Below, piece after piece: positions 1 to 7,091 of a stretch of DNA of 55,242 bases (its first letter is position 1; every line of letters starts with the position of its first letter). The stretch is from a virus. A model generated the notes under the pieces. It did no database searches and had not been told where the DNA came from. It saw nothing but the letters and a program-made list of their open reading frames with translations. The DNA lies in the IMG/VR virus record IMGVR_UViG_3300045988_053272. One strand, 5' to 3'. A program made the position numbers and the translations under genes.

Positions 1-99
1 CCTACGGCGGCGAGAGAGGTGCTTGCGCGTGGCCGCTGCGCTTTCCTTTCAAAAATCCCATGTGTCCCGTGCTGGAACAAACTCAATGATCGTTCCCTC
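1..99. repeat. Terminal direct repeat, left copy (99 bp)
   Basis: nt 1-99 (cctacggcggcgagagagg...caatgatcgttccctc) recur exactly at 55144-55242. Confidence 0.95.
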
Positions 100-357
100 C
101 GGCACGGGGTCGCAGGGCTCGCCGTCAAAGGCGTTGCCCTGCTTCGTGCAGATGTCGGCCGGTCTGCTCCGGCGCGGGTCGACATCGACATAGAGCCGAC
201 CGTCGCACTCGTAGACGGGGCGATCCCAGCTGTCGCGGCCTCTGTGTTCCAGCCGCAACACTGGCGCGGCGCAGAACTCCTCGTAGCTCATGTGGCCCTC
301 CGCTTTCATCGCGGCACTGGCAGCGGCCAGCTCCTCGGGCGTCCAAGATTTGCTCAT
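49..357 (-). CDS. Hypothetical protein (102 aa)
   Basis: ORF 49..372. The start was moved to the ATG at 357, which is preceded by GAGAGGTG. No family recognised. Last gene of the leftward cassette. Confidence 0.6.
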   Translation of the reverse strand: MSKSWTPEELAAASAAMKAEGHMSYEEFCAAPVLRLEHRGRDSWDRPVYECDGRLYVDVDPRRSRPADICTKQGNAFDGEPCDPVPEGTIIEFVPARDTWDF

Positions 358-358
358 A

Positions 359-496
359 TCAGCACCTCTCATATTTCCGTTCGATACTGCGCATCAGATT
401 CAAGACATCCTGCGCGAAGGGATATTCGCCCGTGTTGTCCCGCACGACCTCTGATAGAAAGCTTCGCAGCTCACGCCAGCATTCTGTGTAGAACAT
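359..496 (-). CDS. Small hypothetical protein (45 aa)
   Basis: Hand-translated ORF MFYTECWRELRSFLSEVVRDNTGEYPFAQDVLNLMRSIERKYERC, below the track cut-off. It fills the gap between two leftward genes, and its stop abuts the next start. Confidence 0.35.
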   Translation of the reverse strand: MFYTECWRELRSFLSEVVRDNTGEYPFAQDVLNLMRSIERKYERC

Positions 497-506
497 CAGC
501 TCGTCG

Positions 507-950
507 TCACGCTTCACACTCACTGCCTCCTTCCTCCATGCGCCAGTTTTCTGGCGCGGCGACGATAGCCCATGCGGTCAGCGGAGTTATGCTATCCATC
601 ATATCCTCCAAGGCCTCCTGCATTCCGCAGGCATCGCAGATATAGACCGTTGCCCTGCGGCTCAGAGCGTTGCGGGTGACGCTCTCCGCGTCCATTGTCA
701 TCTTCCCGCAGCGGGGACAGGCAAAATGCCCGTCCTGCTGCTTCTTGCTGAACTCAGCAATGAGAACTCGCGCCAGCGTTTCCTCGTGTGGCTCGACGCT
801 CTCGATTTCCCACACCTCGCGGTCGTCGATCCGGCCATCGGCTTGAGCCTTTTCCTGCGCCTGCTGATGATCTGCCGCGAATACGGCGGCGGTGATCCGC
901 TGGCCGTTGTCACGATTGCGATAGGTGACCGTCCAAAACCTGTTCTCCAT
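507..950 (-). CDS. Zinc-ribbon protein, function unknown (147 aa)
   Basis: ORF 507..1037. The start was moved to ATG 950 (MENRFWTV, GTGAGG RBS). Two CxxC pairs are present (CPRCG ... CDACG). Confidence 0.6.
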   Translation of the reverse strand: MENRFWTVTYRNRDNGQRITAAVFAADHQQAQEKAQADGRIDDREVWEIESVEPHEETLARVLIAEFSKKQQDGHFACPRCGKMTMDAESVTRNALSRRATVYICDACGMQEALEDMMDSITPLTAWAIVAAPENWRMEEGGSECEA

Positions 951-958
951 GGTGTACC

Positions 959-1153
959 TCACTTTCTGTTGTGCAGTTCCTCGATCTCGTCGAGAGTAGC
1001 GAGCCGGACATCTAACTCGTCGATCATCTTCTGACAATGACCGGCTATGTCGTGCGCCTGCCCCTCCAAAGCCTTCTCCTGCATCTGGCGATAGTTTTCC
1101 TTTTCGGCGATGACGCCCTTGCGGGCCCAGCCGAGGATTTCGAGATAGGTCAT
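959..1153 (-). CDS. Hypothetical protein (64 aa)
   Basis: ORF 959..1201. ATG 1153 is preceded by GGAGAAAGGAGCAGCT. Confidence 0.55.
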   Translation of the reverse strand: MTYLEILGWARKGVIAEKENYRQMQEKALEGQAHDIAGHCQKMIDELDVRLATLDEIEELHNRK

Positions 1154-1197
1154 AGCTGCTCCTTTCTCCCCGTCGTGCCGATAGGTCAGCTTCTGCT

Positions 1198-1356
1198 TCA
1201 CAGCTTGCAGAGATCCTTAAACTCGTTTGCGATGTTCTCGATGATCTGCGTGGTGCTGTAATACTGGGTCACATTGTCGCCCTGCATTGCGGCGTCCATG
1301 AGCATCGAGAGAAATTCTTCCGCATCCATGCGGTCGATGATGATTTTATCGTCCAT
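1198..1356 (-). CDS. Small hypothetical protein (52 aa)
   Basis: Hand-translated ORF MDDKIIIDRMDAEEFLSMLMDAAMQGDNVTQYYSTTQIIENIANEFKDLCKL. It fills the gap in the leftward gene string. Confidence 0.4.
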   Translation of the reverse strand: MDDKIIIDRMDAEEFLSMLMDAAMQGDNVTQYYSTTQIIENIANEFKDLCKL

Positions 1357-1367
1357 ACTCGTTCCTT

Positions 1368-1598
1368 TCACTCAATGGCAGCTTCGATGCTGCTGATGAC
1401 TTCCTCCAGGTTATCTACGGCTTCGGAGAGGTTGTCGCAGGCCTCGTCTGCCTTTTCATAGCGTTCGCTCTCCTGCATATTCTCAGGGATATTGTCGCGG
1501 TACTCTTCCTCCTCGGCCTGGAGATCTTCGAGACTGCCCTTCAGCTCCTCCAGCTGGTCGATGATGCTCTGCAGGCTCTTTCTGCGGATTTTGTTCAT
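1368..1598 (-). CDS. Small, very acidic coiled-coil protein (76 aa)
   Basis: ORF in track. Rich in E and D (LEDLQAEEEEYRDNIPENMQESERYEKADE...). Confidence 0.6.
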   Translation of the reverse strand: MNKIRRKSLQSIIDQLEELKGSLEDLQAEEEEYRDNIPENMQESERYEKADEACDNLSEAVDNLEEVISSIEAAIE

Positions 1599-1643
1599 GG
1601 TCGTGTCCTTTCTCCCCGTAGGCCCGATAGGTCAGGCACTTCG

Positions 1644-1841
1644 TTAATCGACGATAATGATTTCGGCACCGTCAAGCTCGTATTCCTCACCAATCGAGGC
1701 GAGGTCTGCCCACCCTTCAACATCTGCGGCTATGTCGTGACTGTAGCCGTGGTCGGTTAAAAAATCATATATACCGTCATGCTCCGACGTCTTAAACTGT
1801 GCCTGCGCCTCGGCGGTTTTGATGATGATCGTTCCGTACAT
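1644..1841 (-). CDS. Small acidic hypothetical protein (65 aa)
   Basis: ORF in track, same strand and tightly spaced with its neighbours. Confidence 0.55.
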   Translation of the reverse strand: MYGTIIIKTAEAQAQFKTSEHDGIYDFLTDHGYSHDIAADVEGWADLASIGEEYELDGAEIIIVD

Positions 1842-1856
1842 CGCTGTCGTTCCTCC

Positions 1857-2099
1857 TCACTTTTTCAGGTTTTTGATAAATGCATCGACTTCTTCAAGGC
1901 TGGAGAAGAAGTTCTCGTAGGCGCCAAGGCCGCAGGCGCGAATAACGCGAAAAGCACCGCCTCTGTTTTGCATGACGCCGAGGCCATTCTGCTCGGCGAT
2001 TTTGACGGCCTCTTGCGTGAGAGCGCCCATGCTCTTGATTTCGCGGCTCTCGCCCTTTTCAAATGCACTCTTGCAATTTCTACGGTCGATAAATCTCAT
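1857..2099 (-). CDS. Hypothetical protein (80 aa)
   Basis: ORF in track. Member of the leftward cassette. Confidence 0.55.
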   Translation of the reverse strand: MRFIDRRNCKSAFEKGESREIKSMGALTQEAVKIAEQNGLGVMQNRGGAFRVIRACGLGAYENFFSSLEEVDAFIKNLKK

Positions 2100-2180
2100 T
2101 TCAAATTCTCCTTGTATTTCTATGCCTTGCGCTTTATACTGAGGGGGAGGGGAGCTTTCCCGCTCCCCCTCGCGCCGAGG

Positions 2181-2315
2181 TTAGGTCTCTTGGCGTTCGC
2201 CCTGCTGGGGCTTGCTGTTAGGTTTGATGGTGATTGTAATCCGGTCGGCTAAATCGGGGTTATCAGCCAGCAACCTCAGAAGCTCTTGCAGGGCTTCTTT
2301 TTTTGCTTTGTCCAT
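2181..2315 (-). CDS. Small hypothetical protein (44 aa), first gene of the leftward cassette
   Basis: Hand-translated ORF MDKAKKEALQELLRLLADNPDLADRITITIKPNSKPQQGERQET. The ATG is preceded by GGAAAGGAGGACAGG. Confidence 0.45.
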   Translation of the reverse strand: MDKAKKEALQELLRLLADNPDLADRITITIKPNSKPQQGERQET

Positions 2316-2365
2316 CGGCCTGTCCTCCTTTCCGGAGAGGTTTGTTCCTCTCCCTTACAAGAACT

Positions 2366-2464
2366 ATATTACACTAATTCGTGTCACTTGTCAACAGTTA
2401 TTTTACATTTTTTCGTGGAAATCGTAAAAAAGTTTTTGACAAGCGACACATTTTAGTGTATAGT
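2366..2464. promoter_or_regulatory. Mirror-image divergent sigma-70-type promoters
   Basis: Plus strand: TTGACA (2436-2441), 17 nt, TATAGT (2459-2464). Minus strand: TTGACA (complement of 2389-2394), 17 nt, TAATAT (complement of 2366-2371). Both -35 boxes sit in the inverted repeat TTGACAAG(C/T)GACAC. Confidence 0.7.
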
Positions 2465-2484
2465 ACGAGTGAGGAGGTGAGAGC

Positions 2485-2700
2485 ATGGGACTCTCTGTTG
2501 CCGAAAAGATTCGCCTGATCATGAAAAGGCAGAAAATAACGATGGGCGATCTGGCTGAGGCGTCAGGGCAGGCGCGGCAAAACCTGTCCAACAAAATGAC
2601 GCGCGGGAACTTTACGGAAAAAGACATCACGGAGTTGGCGGCGGCGCTCGGCTGCACAGTCGAAATCCGTTTTGTCACACAGGACGGCGAGGAGATATAA
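2485..2700 (+). CDS. XRE-family helix-turn-helix regulator (71 aa)
   Basis: HTH pattern KITMGDLAEASGQARQNLSNKMTRGN. GAGGAGGTG RBS. Confidence 0.8.
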   Translation: MGLSVAEKIRLIMKRQKITMGDLAEASGQARQNLSNKMTRGNFTEKDITELAAALGCTVEIRFVTQDGEEI

Positions 2701-2744
2701 GAAAAGGCCCCGGGCGAATGAACGCCCGAGGCCTCGGAGCAGGC

Positions 2745-3005
2745 TTAACGCTTGCTATGTATATCCGCGCCGGTGCGCGTCTTGACTCTGGTCTCCTTGT
2801 TTTCCTCTCGGATCATCAGGTCTGACAGCTCGCACCCCAGCGCCTCACAAATAAGATCCAGATGCTCCAGGTTTACCCTTTCTGCGATCTCATGGTACAG
2901 GTCATTGATCGTCGAAGGTCGAATGCCTGTTGCCCTTGCAAGGTCAGCTTGTGACCACCTCCGCTCGCCAAGCCGGGTGGACAGTAAAATCCTAATCATA
3001 GCCAT
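2745..3005 (-). CDS. XRE-family helix-turn-helix regulator (86 aa)
   Basis: HTH pattern WSQADLARATGIRPSTINDLYHE. Confidence 0.8.
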   Translation of the reverse strand: MAMIRILLSTRLGERRWSQADLARATGIRPSTINDLYHEIAERVNLEHLDLICEALGCELSDLMIREENKETRVKTRTGADIHSKR

Positions 3006-3098
3006 GCTCCTTTACGGTAGATTCTAACAACGATTTTAGAATCTCGCTGGATTTTGGTAGATTATAACGAAATCCGTTATGGCTATGAAAAAAACACA

Positions 3099-3140
3099 AA
3101 GAGGCTACCGCGCAGGAACAATCCTGTGCAGTAGCCTCTT
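3099..3140. terminator. Bidirectional rho-independent terminator
   Basis: AAGAGGCTAC (3099-3108) pairs with GTAGCCTCTT (3131-3140) and has inner pairing. An A-run lies upstream and TTTTTTATT downstream. It sits just after the integrase stop. Confidence 0.75.
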
Positions 3141-3142
3141 TT

Positions 3143-4819
3143 TTATTCTTCCGCGTCGAGCGGACAGACCAAAACGAAGACTCCGCCGACCATATAGATT
3201 GCAGAGATAGGAGCAGAGCCAGGCGACCTCTCGGTTCGTCTGGCTCTGCTTTGGTGGCTCAAAGTGGAGCTAAGACGAACACATGACGCCTCGTCATCTA
3301 TGCTGTCTATGACATCTTCCAGCGGGATCTCAATCGTATTCTTATCACCGGCAAAGCTGAACACAATTTTCACGCGGTTATCGTCGTATAGATAGGCCGC
3401 AACAAGGAATGTGTCAAACAGTCCAGCTTGATACTTCTTGTCATGCACATCTCCCTCGCGCAAGCTACGGAGCCATTCGACGAGTCTTTCCCGATTGGTA
3501 GGCACAATAGCCGCTTTTGCAGCGCATATCTTCCCTTCTATGGCGGTGCGCTCTGCTTCCAACTCCATTAAACGGCCTTTCGTAGTCTCCGTGATAATAC
3601 CCTTCTCAATTGCCGACATGACATTCTTTATGCTGCGGTTAACTTCTGCGAGTTGATCCTCAAACACGCTAAGGTGACTTTCTGACACTCTACGATCATG
3701 ATCTTCTACGCAACTATCCGCGATCCATTCGATTATGTCATCTTTAAGTGCGTAGTCCCTGATTGCCTTTGCTATTTTCAGCTCGATCACATCGCGGCGA
3801 ACATTCTTCTTGTGGCAGGTTTTCTCAGTCCGCCTCTTTTGGCAGACGTAGTAGAAGTGCAGCTTCCCTGCCCGGCCTGTGCCGGAGATGCCGGTCATGG
3901 GACTTTTGCAATGCCCGCAGAACAGCTTGCCGGTGAGAAGATAGTCACCATTGACGCGGTGACGCCCTTGTGGATTTTTCTTCGTGGTAATCGCCTCCTG
4001 GACCTTGAAGTAGAGTTCATCGCTGACGATCCTCGGGATGCCGCCCTCAATGCGGACATCGCCGTAGATATAAATGCCGCGGTATCTCTCGTTGGAAAGG
4101 ATCTTCTGAAAGCTCGACCGCCCCCATGGGCGACCGTACGAGGTTGTAATGCCTCTGGCATTTAGGCTGCTCATAATATCCACGAACGCCTCGCCGCAGG
4201 AAACTCGTGTGAAGATCTCCCGGATAACCGCCGCCCTTGGCTCGTCGATGGCATAGTGCAGCGTTTCGTCTGCTTTATAGCCGTAGGGCAGATGGCCGTT
4301 CGTCACCATGCAATTTGCGGCGTTGTCGTACAGACCGCGCTTGATGTCCTCGGCCATGTTCTCGGAATAGAACTGGTTGACATTCATCATCGAGCGGGCA
4401 GCGAAGCGTCCGGCCGCAGTATCGTCGAAATCCTCCTCCACATAGAGAACACGGACACCCAACTCCTGAAACCGTGCTTCGTTGACAAGAGCTTCCAGCA
4501 TATTGCGGCCTATACGGTTGGACTTCCACGCAAGCACATAGCGGAACTTCCCTTTTGCGGCATCGGCCATCATACGCTGAAAATCCACCCGCTTGTCTGT
4601 GCGACCGGAAACGGCACGGTCGGCATAGGTGTCGATGATCCTGATGCCATACTCCGCCGCCAGCTCATAGCATTTCTCAAACTGCTGTTCAATGCTGATG
4701 TCTTTCTGGTTGTGGCTGCTGTACCGACCGTAGAGAACGCCTGGCTCTTCGATTTCCAGCTTCTTGCCCCGCTTCGGCTTCGCCGGGTGCTTTGCAGGTT
4801 TTCTCGGCAACAGCGCCAC
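3143..4819 (-). CDS. int: Large serine recombinase (phage integrase), 558 aa
   Basis: N-terminal resolvase-type catalytic region (YGRYSSHNQ...), a recombinase domain and a zinc-ribbon (CGHCKSPMTG ... YYVCQKR). GTG start at 4819. Confidence 0.9.
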   Translation of the reverse strand: MALLPRKPAKHPAKPKRGKKLEIEEPGVLYGRYSSHNQKDISIEQQFEKCYELAAEYGIRIIDTYADRAVSGRTDKRVDFQRMMADAAKGKFRYVLAWKSNRIGRNMLEALVNEARFQELGVRVLYVEEDFDDTAAGRFAARSMMNVNQFYSENMAEDIKRGLYDNAANCMVTNGHLPYGYKADETLHYAIDEPRAAVIREIFTRVSCGEAFVDIMSSLNARGITTSYGRPWGRSSFQKILSNERYRGIYIYGDVRIEGGIPRIVSDELYFKVQEAITTKKNPQGRHRVNGDYLLTGKLFCGHCKSPMTGISGTGRAGKLHFYYVCQKRRTEKTCHKKNVRRDVIELKIAKAIRDYALKDDIIEWIADSCVEDHDRRVSESHLSVFEDQLAEVNRSIKNVMSAIEKGIITETTKGRLMELEAERTAIEGKICAAKAAIVPTNRERLVEWLRSLREGDVHDKKYQAGLFDTFLVAAYLYDDNRVKIVFSFAGDKNTIEIPLEDVIDSIDDEASCVRLSSTLSHQSRARRTERSPGSAPISAIYMVGGVFVLVCPLDAEE

Positions 4820-4855
4820 CCCCCTTCTAACGATAGATTTGCAGTAGTAGATATT

Positions 4856-4913
4856 CAGAATCAGAAACAGAATACAGATACAGTCTCAGATACAGATACA
4901 GGTACAGAGACAG
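4856..4913. repeat. Tandem degenerate hexamer tract (about 10 units, consensus CAGATA on the plus strand)
   Basis: cagaat cagaaa cagaat acagat acagtc tcagat acagat acaggt acagag acag, read directly from the sequence. Confidence 0.85.
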
Positions 4914-4951
4914 TGCGCGCACGATCGCGCGCACACGCACGCGCGCACGCG
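4914..4951. repeat. Alternating purine-pyrimidine GC tract
   Basis: tgcgcgcacgatcgcgcgcacacgcacgcgcgcacgcg. It contains the perfect palindrome GTGCGCGCAC. Confidence 0.85.
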
Positions 4952-5028
4952 AGGTATCACTACGGTATACCATGATGATTTTCCCAAAAAGTTTGCGTGC
5001 GATACCATATATACCTGTATCGATAGGG

Positions 5029-5442
5029 TTAAATTTTATCGGAAATCTCTATAACCGCGAAGTACATATGCTTACAAGGGAGGCCCCTTTTTCTGAAATC
5101 AGGGCATGAACACCCAGATACGTCTATGTCATGCATCTCACCGCGCTCTCCGAGGACGCGGGCTGTATGCATTTCCGGGTCGTAGTTCAGAAGTTTTATG
5201 CGCTTGGAATATATGCCTTTTTCCATCCGACTTCGCTGCTCGGGAGGAAGGTGTGTTATATATCCCCACGCAGGCCAGCCGACTTTTGCGAAGTCCTCCG
5301 CAAACTTGTGACAAATCGCCGTTCTCGCATGTATAGTTTCCTGCTGACGGTCCTTTTCAGCTTTTGCGGCCCTGTGCAACATCGTACCAACAATTACGAG
5401 GGCTACTGTCACGCCAATAAAGAAAACTGCCAGGATTTCCAT
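5029..5442 (-). CDS. Membrane-anchored SWIM zinc-finger protein (137 aa)
   Basis: ORF 5029..5469. The start was moved to ATG 5442 (GGGGAG RBS). N-terminal hydrophobic helix ILAVFFIGVTVALVIVGTML. C-terminal CxC-x10-CxH motif (CSCPDFRKRGLPCKH). Confidence 0.7.
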   Translation of the reverse strand: MEILAVFFIGVTVALVIVGTMLHRAAKAEKDRQQETIHARTAICHKFAEDFAKVGWPAWGYITHLPPEQRSRMEKGIYSKRIKLLNYDPEMHTARVLGERGEMHDIDVSGCSCPDFRKRGLPCKHMYFAVIEISDKI

Positions 5443-5597
5443 AATGAACTCCCCATTATCCACCTTCACCCGTATGTAGCCTGCTGTCTGTCGAAGTTTG
5501 CTGAAAGTGATAATCTATCTTTTCTCACAAAATTGCTGCGAGGTCTGATATAATAGCTTCACTGCCGACAGTAAAATACAACAAAGGAGCCACCGCT

Positions 5598-5768
5598 ATG
5601 AGTCAGGATAAACTATCTGAATATTGTGAGTTTGTAGTGCTTTCGCAGCAACTGCTCGGCGCAGATGATGAGGCATACATCAAGTTCCTTCGTTTTTGCG
5701 TGGAGCGTTTGCATAAAGGTGACCAAGTTCAAGCAATTTGGTCCGACTATCAGGATCAAGTAAAGTGA
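5598..5768 (+). CDS. Possible small protein (56 aa), convergent with the repressor gene and overlapping its 3' end
   Basis: Hand-translated ORF MSQDKLSEYCEFVVLSQQLLGADDEAYIKFLRFCVERLHKGDQVQAIWSDYQDQVK. AAAGGAG RBS 8 nt upstream. Extended -10 TGaTATAAT about 45 nt upstream. Confidence 0.35.
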   Translation: MSQDKLSEYCEFVVLSQQLLGADDEAYIKFLRFCVERLHKGDQVQAIWSDYQDQVK

Positions 5769-6219
5769 ATATTTTTGTGATTTCTGAGAGTCCGGCGTCC
5801 TCCGCGATGCCGGACTTTTCAATTCCAAGCATGGAATCAATAGATTCTCCAAGCTGATCGGAAAGCTCACAGGCGTAGTCAAAGGTCAGCGGAATTACCC
5901 TCTTGATGATAAGATCCACCTCATACAAATCTATCCCGGCCGCCTCGAGGTCATGTTTGTCACTACTGTCAATGATACGCTTTAGATTGCTGGTAAATAT
6001 CTTGCTATGTTCGCCTGAATCCACATGGCCCACAAGAAAATCTATGCTGACATTAAACGCATCTGCAATAGCCTCGAGGTTTTCGAGACTTGGGGCTCGT
6101 ACGTCTTTCTCATACATGGCAATAAGACTGCGGGAGACATTTATTTTCTCAGATAATGCTTTCTGCGTTAAATCATCTCGTTTTCTCAAATAAACAAGAG
6201 TTTCAGACAACCGACTCAC
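5680..6219 (-). CDS. CI-like repressor (XRE HTH plus C-terminal domain), about 179 aa
   Basis: ORF 5680..6237. Likely GTG start at 6219 after GAGGTG. HTH LTQKALSEKINVSRSLIAMYEKD. Divergent from a cro-like gene. Confidence 0.8.
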   Translation of the reverse strand: MSRLSETLVYLRKRDDLTQKALSEKINVSRSLIAMYEKDVRAPSLENLEAIADAFNVSIDFLVGHVDSGEHSKIFTSNLKRIIDSSDKHDLEAAGIDLYEVDLIIKRVIPLTFDYACELSDQLGESIDSMLGIEKSGIAEDAGLSEITKIFTLLDPDSRTKLLELGHLYANAPRKNEGT

Positions 6220-6242
6220 AATAATCACCTCGGACAAAGATT

Positions 6243-6346
6243 ATCACAAAGCGTGACAAAAGTAAATAGTTTAAGAAAATTTTGTCACAGAGAGTGTTGA
6301 CAAGCCCAGGTGCCTGTGGTATTATCGCATTGTCACTTGAAGTGAC
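6243..6346. promoter_or_regulatory. Switch region: rightward promoter plus operator-like palindromes
   Basis: TTGACA (6297-6302), 17 nt, TATTAT (6320-6325). GTCAC-N5-GTGAC at 6332-6346. Weaker TCAC-N5-GTGA at 6243-6255 and TCAC-N5-GTG at 6284-6295. Confidence 0.7.
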
Positions 6347-6374
6347 ATATACATCATGAAAGGAGGGAAATAAT

Positions 6375-6566
6375 ATGGACCTTGGTAAGCGTCTGAAAGA
6401 GCTGCGCGGAGATCGCAACCGTGAAAAAGTTGCGGAAGCCGTAGGAATTTCGTCTTCTGCGCTCGGAATGTATGAATGCAACAAGCGAATTCCTCGGGAT
6501 GATGTCAAAAAGAAACTTGCTGATTTTTACAATGTGTCGATTCAGCAGCTTTTTTTTGAAGATTGA
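6375..6566 (+). CDS. Cro-like XRE-family regulator (63 aa)
   Basis: HTH REKVAEAVGISSSALGMYECNKR. AAAGGAGGG RBS. Confidence 0.8.
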   Translation: MDLGKRLKELRGDRNREKVAEAVGISSSALGMYECNKRIPRDDVKKKLADFYNVSIQQLFFED

Positions 6567-6567
6567 T

Positions 6568-6582
6568 GTCACTCTAAGTGAC
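6568..6582. promoter_or_regulatory. Fourth operator-like palindrome GTCAC-N5-GTGAC
   Basis: gtcactctaagtgac immediately after the cro-like stop codon. Confidence 0.5.
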
Positions 6583-6598
6583 TTACAGGAGGTGAACT

Positions 6599-7087
6599 AT
6601 GGATACGGCATCAAGACGAAGGAGCCTAATTCAGACAGAAAGTCTCTTGGAAATCGTGTCCCGGATTAAAGTCAGGTCTTTCGGGGATCGCGCAATTAGG
6701 TATCTCGATGACGCTGGGGACAGATGGATTGTTTTTTCTGACATTTGCAAAGCGCTCGGGTATAAAAACCCCAATCACGAAAGCAAAAAAGTCGATCCAG
6801 AGGAAAAACGCAAGTTAGATATCGGGCTGAGAAACACGCTCGCTGTGTGTATCAACCGCCGAGGATTGCTTAGATTTGTGCTGTTCGCCAATAAACCGGA
6901 GGCGTCTGAGTTCTTGTCGTGGGCGACGAGGGAAATATTTTCTGACTGGAATGACGAGCATGCCCGCTACAGTGAAAGTCCCGAGATAGGGGAGAAAGAT
7001 GAAATCTTGCGTACGGTAAGGAGCCTCACCCCATGTCAGAAAAAAGCATTCGCTTCGTATCTCTACTACCTCACAGCAAAGGGGTGA
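6599..7087 (+). CDS. Bro-N domain protein / putative antirepressor (162 aa)
   Basis: IRYLDDAGDRWIVFSDICKALGYKNPNHESKKV...RRGLLRFVLFANKPEASEFLSWATREIF matches the Bro-N pattern as I remember it. Confidence 0.7.
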   Translation: MDTASRRRSLIQTESLLEIVSRIKVRSFGDRAIRYLDDAGDRWIVFSDICKALGYKNPNHESKKVDPEEKRKLDIGLRNTLAVCINRRGLLRFVLFANKPEASEFLSWATREIFSDWNDEHARYSESPEIGEKDEILRTVRSLTPCQKKAFASYLYYLTAKG

Positions 7088-7091
7088 TTTC

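Noticed and set aside
1-99. Terminal 99-bp repeats as attL/attR of an integrated prophage or as LTR-like ends.
   Set aside because: There is no flanking host DNA in the window. A gene is split across the junction. Serine integrases do not generate long direct repeats.
2140-2175. G/C-run hairpin GGGGAGC-tttccc-GCTCCCC downstream of the first leftward gene as an internal terminator.
   Set aside because: No U-run on the relevant minus strand. Downstream genes of the same cassette would be cut off from their only visible promoter.
4856-4913. The hexamer tract as a CRISPR array or replication iterons.
   Set aside because: The units are 6 nt, contiguous and without spacers. There are no cas genes, and no replication gene is adjacent.
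4256-4975. Plus-strand 239-aa ORF running antisense through the integrase gene and into the repeat tract, ending ...RARSRAHARAHARYHYGIP.
   Set aside because: It is antisense to a clear serine-recombinase gene. Its tail is simply the translation of the hexamer and GC repeats. No start context.
5000-5011. An 11-mer, cgataccatat, shared between 5000-5010 and 27591-27601, plus the nearby shared tatcgata, as a possible repeated protein-binding site linking the int region and the cos region.
   Set aside because: By rough estimate, hundreds of 11-mer coincidences are expected by chance in a 55-kb sequence compared with itself. There is no extended similarity.
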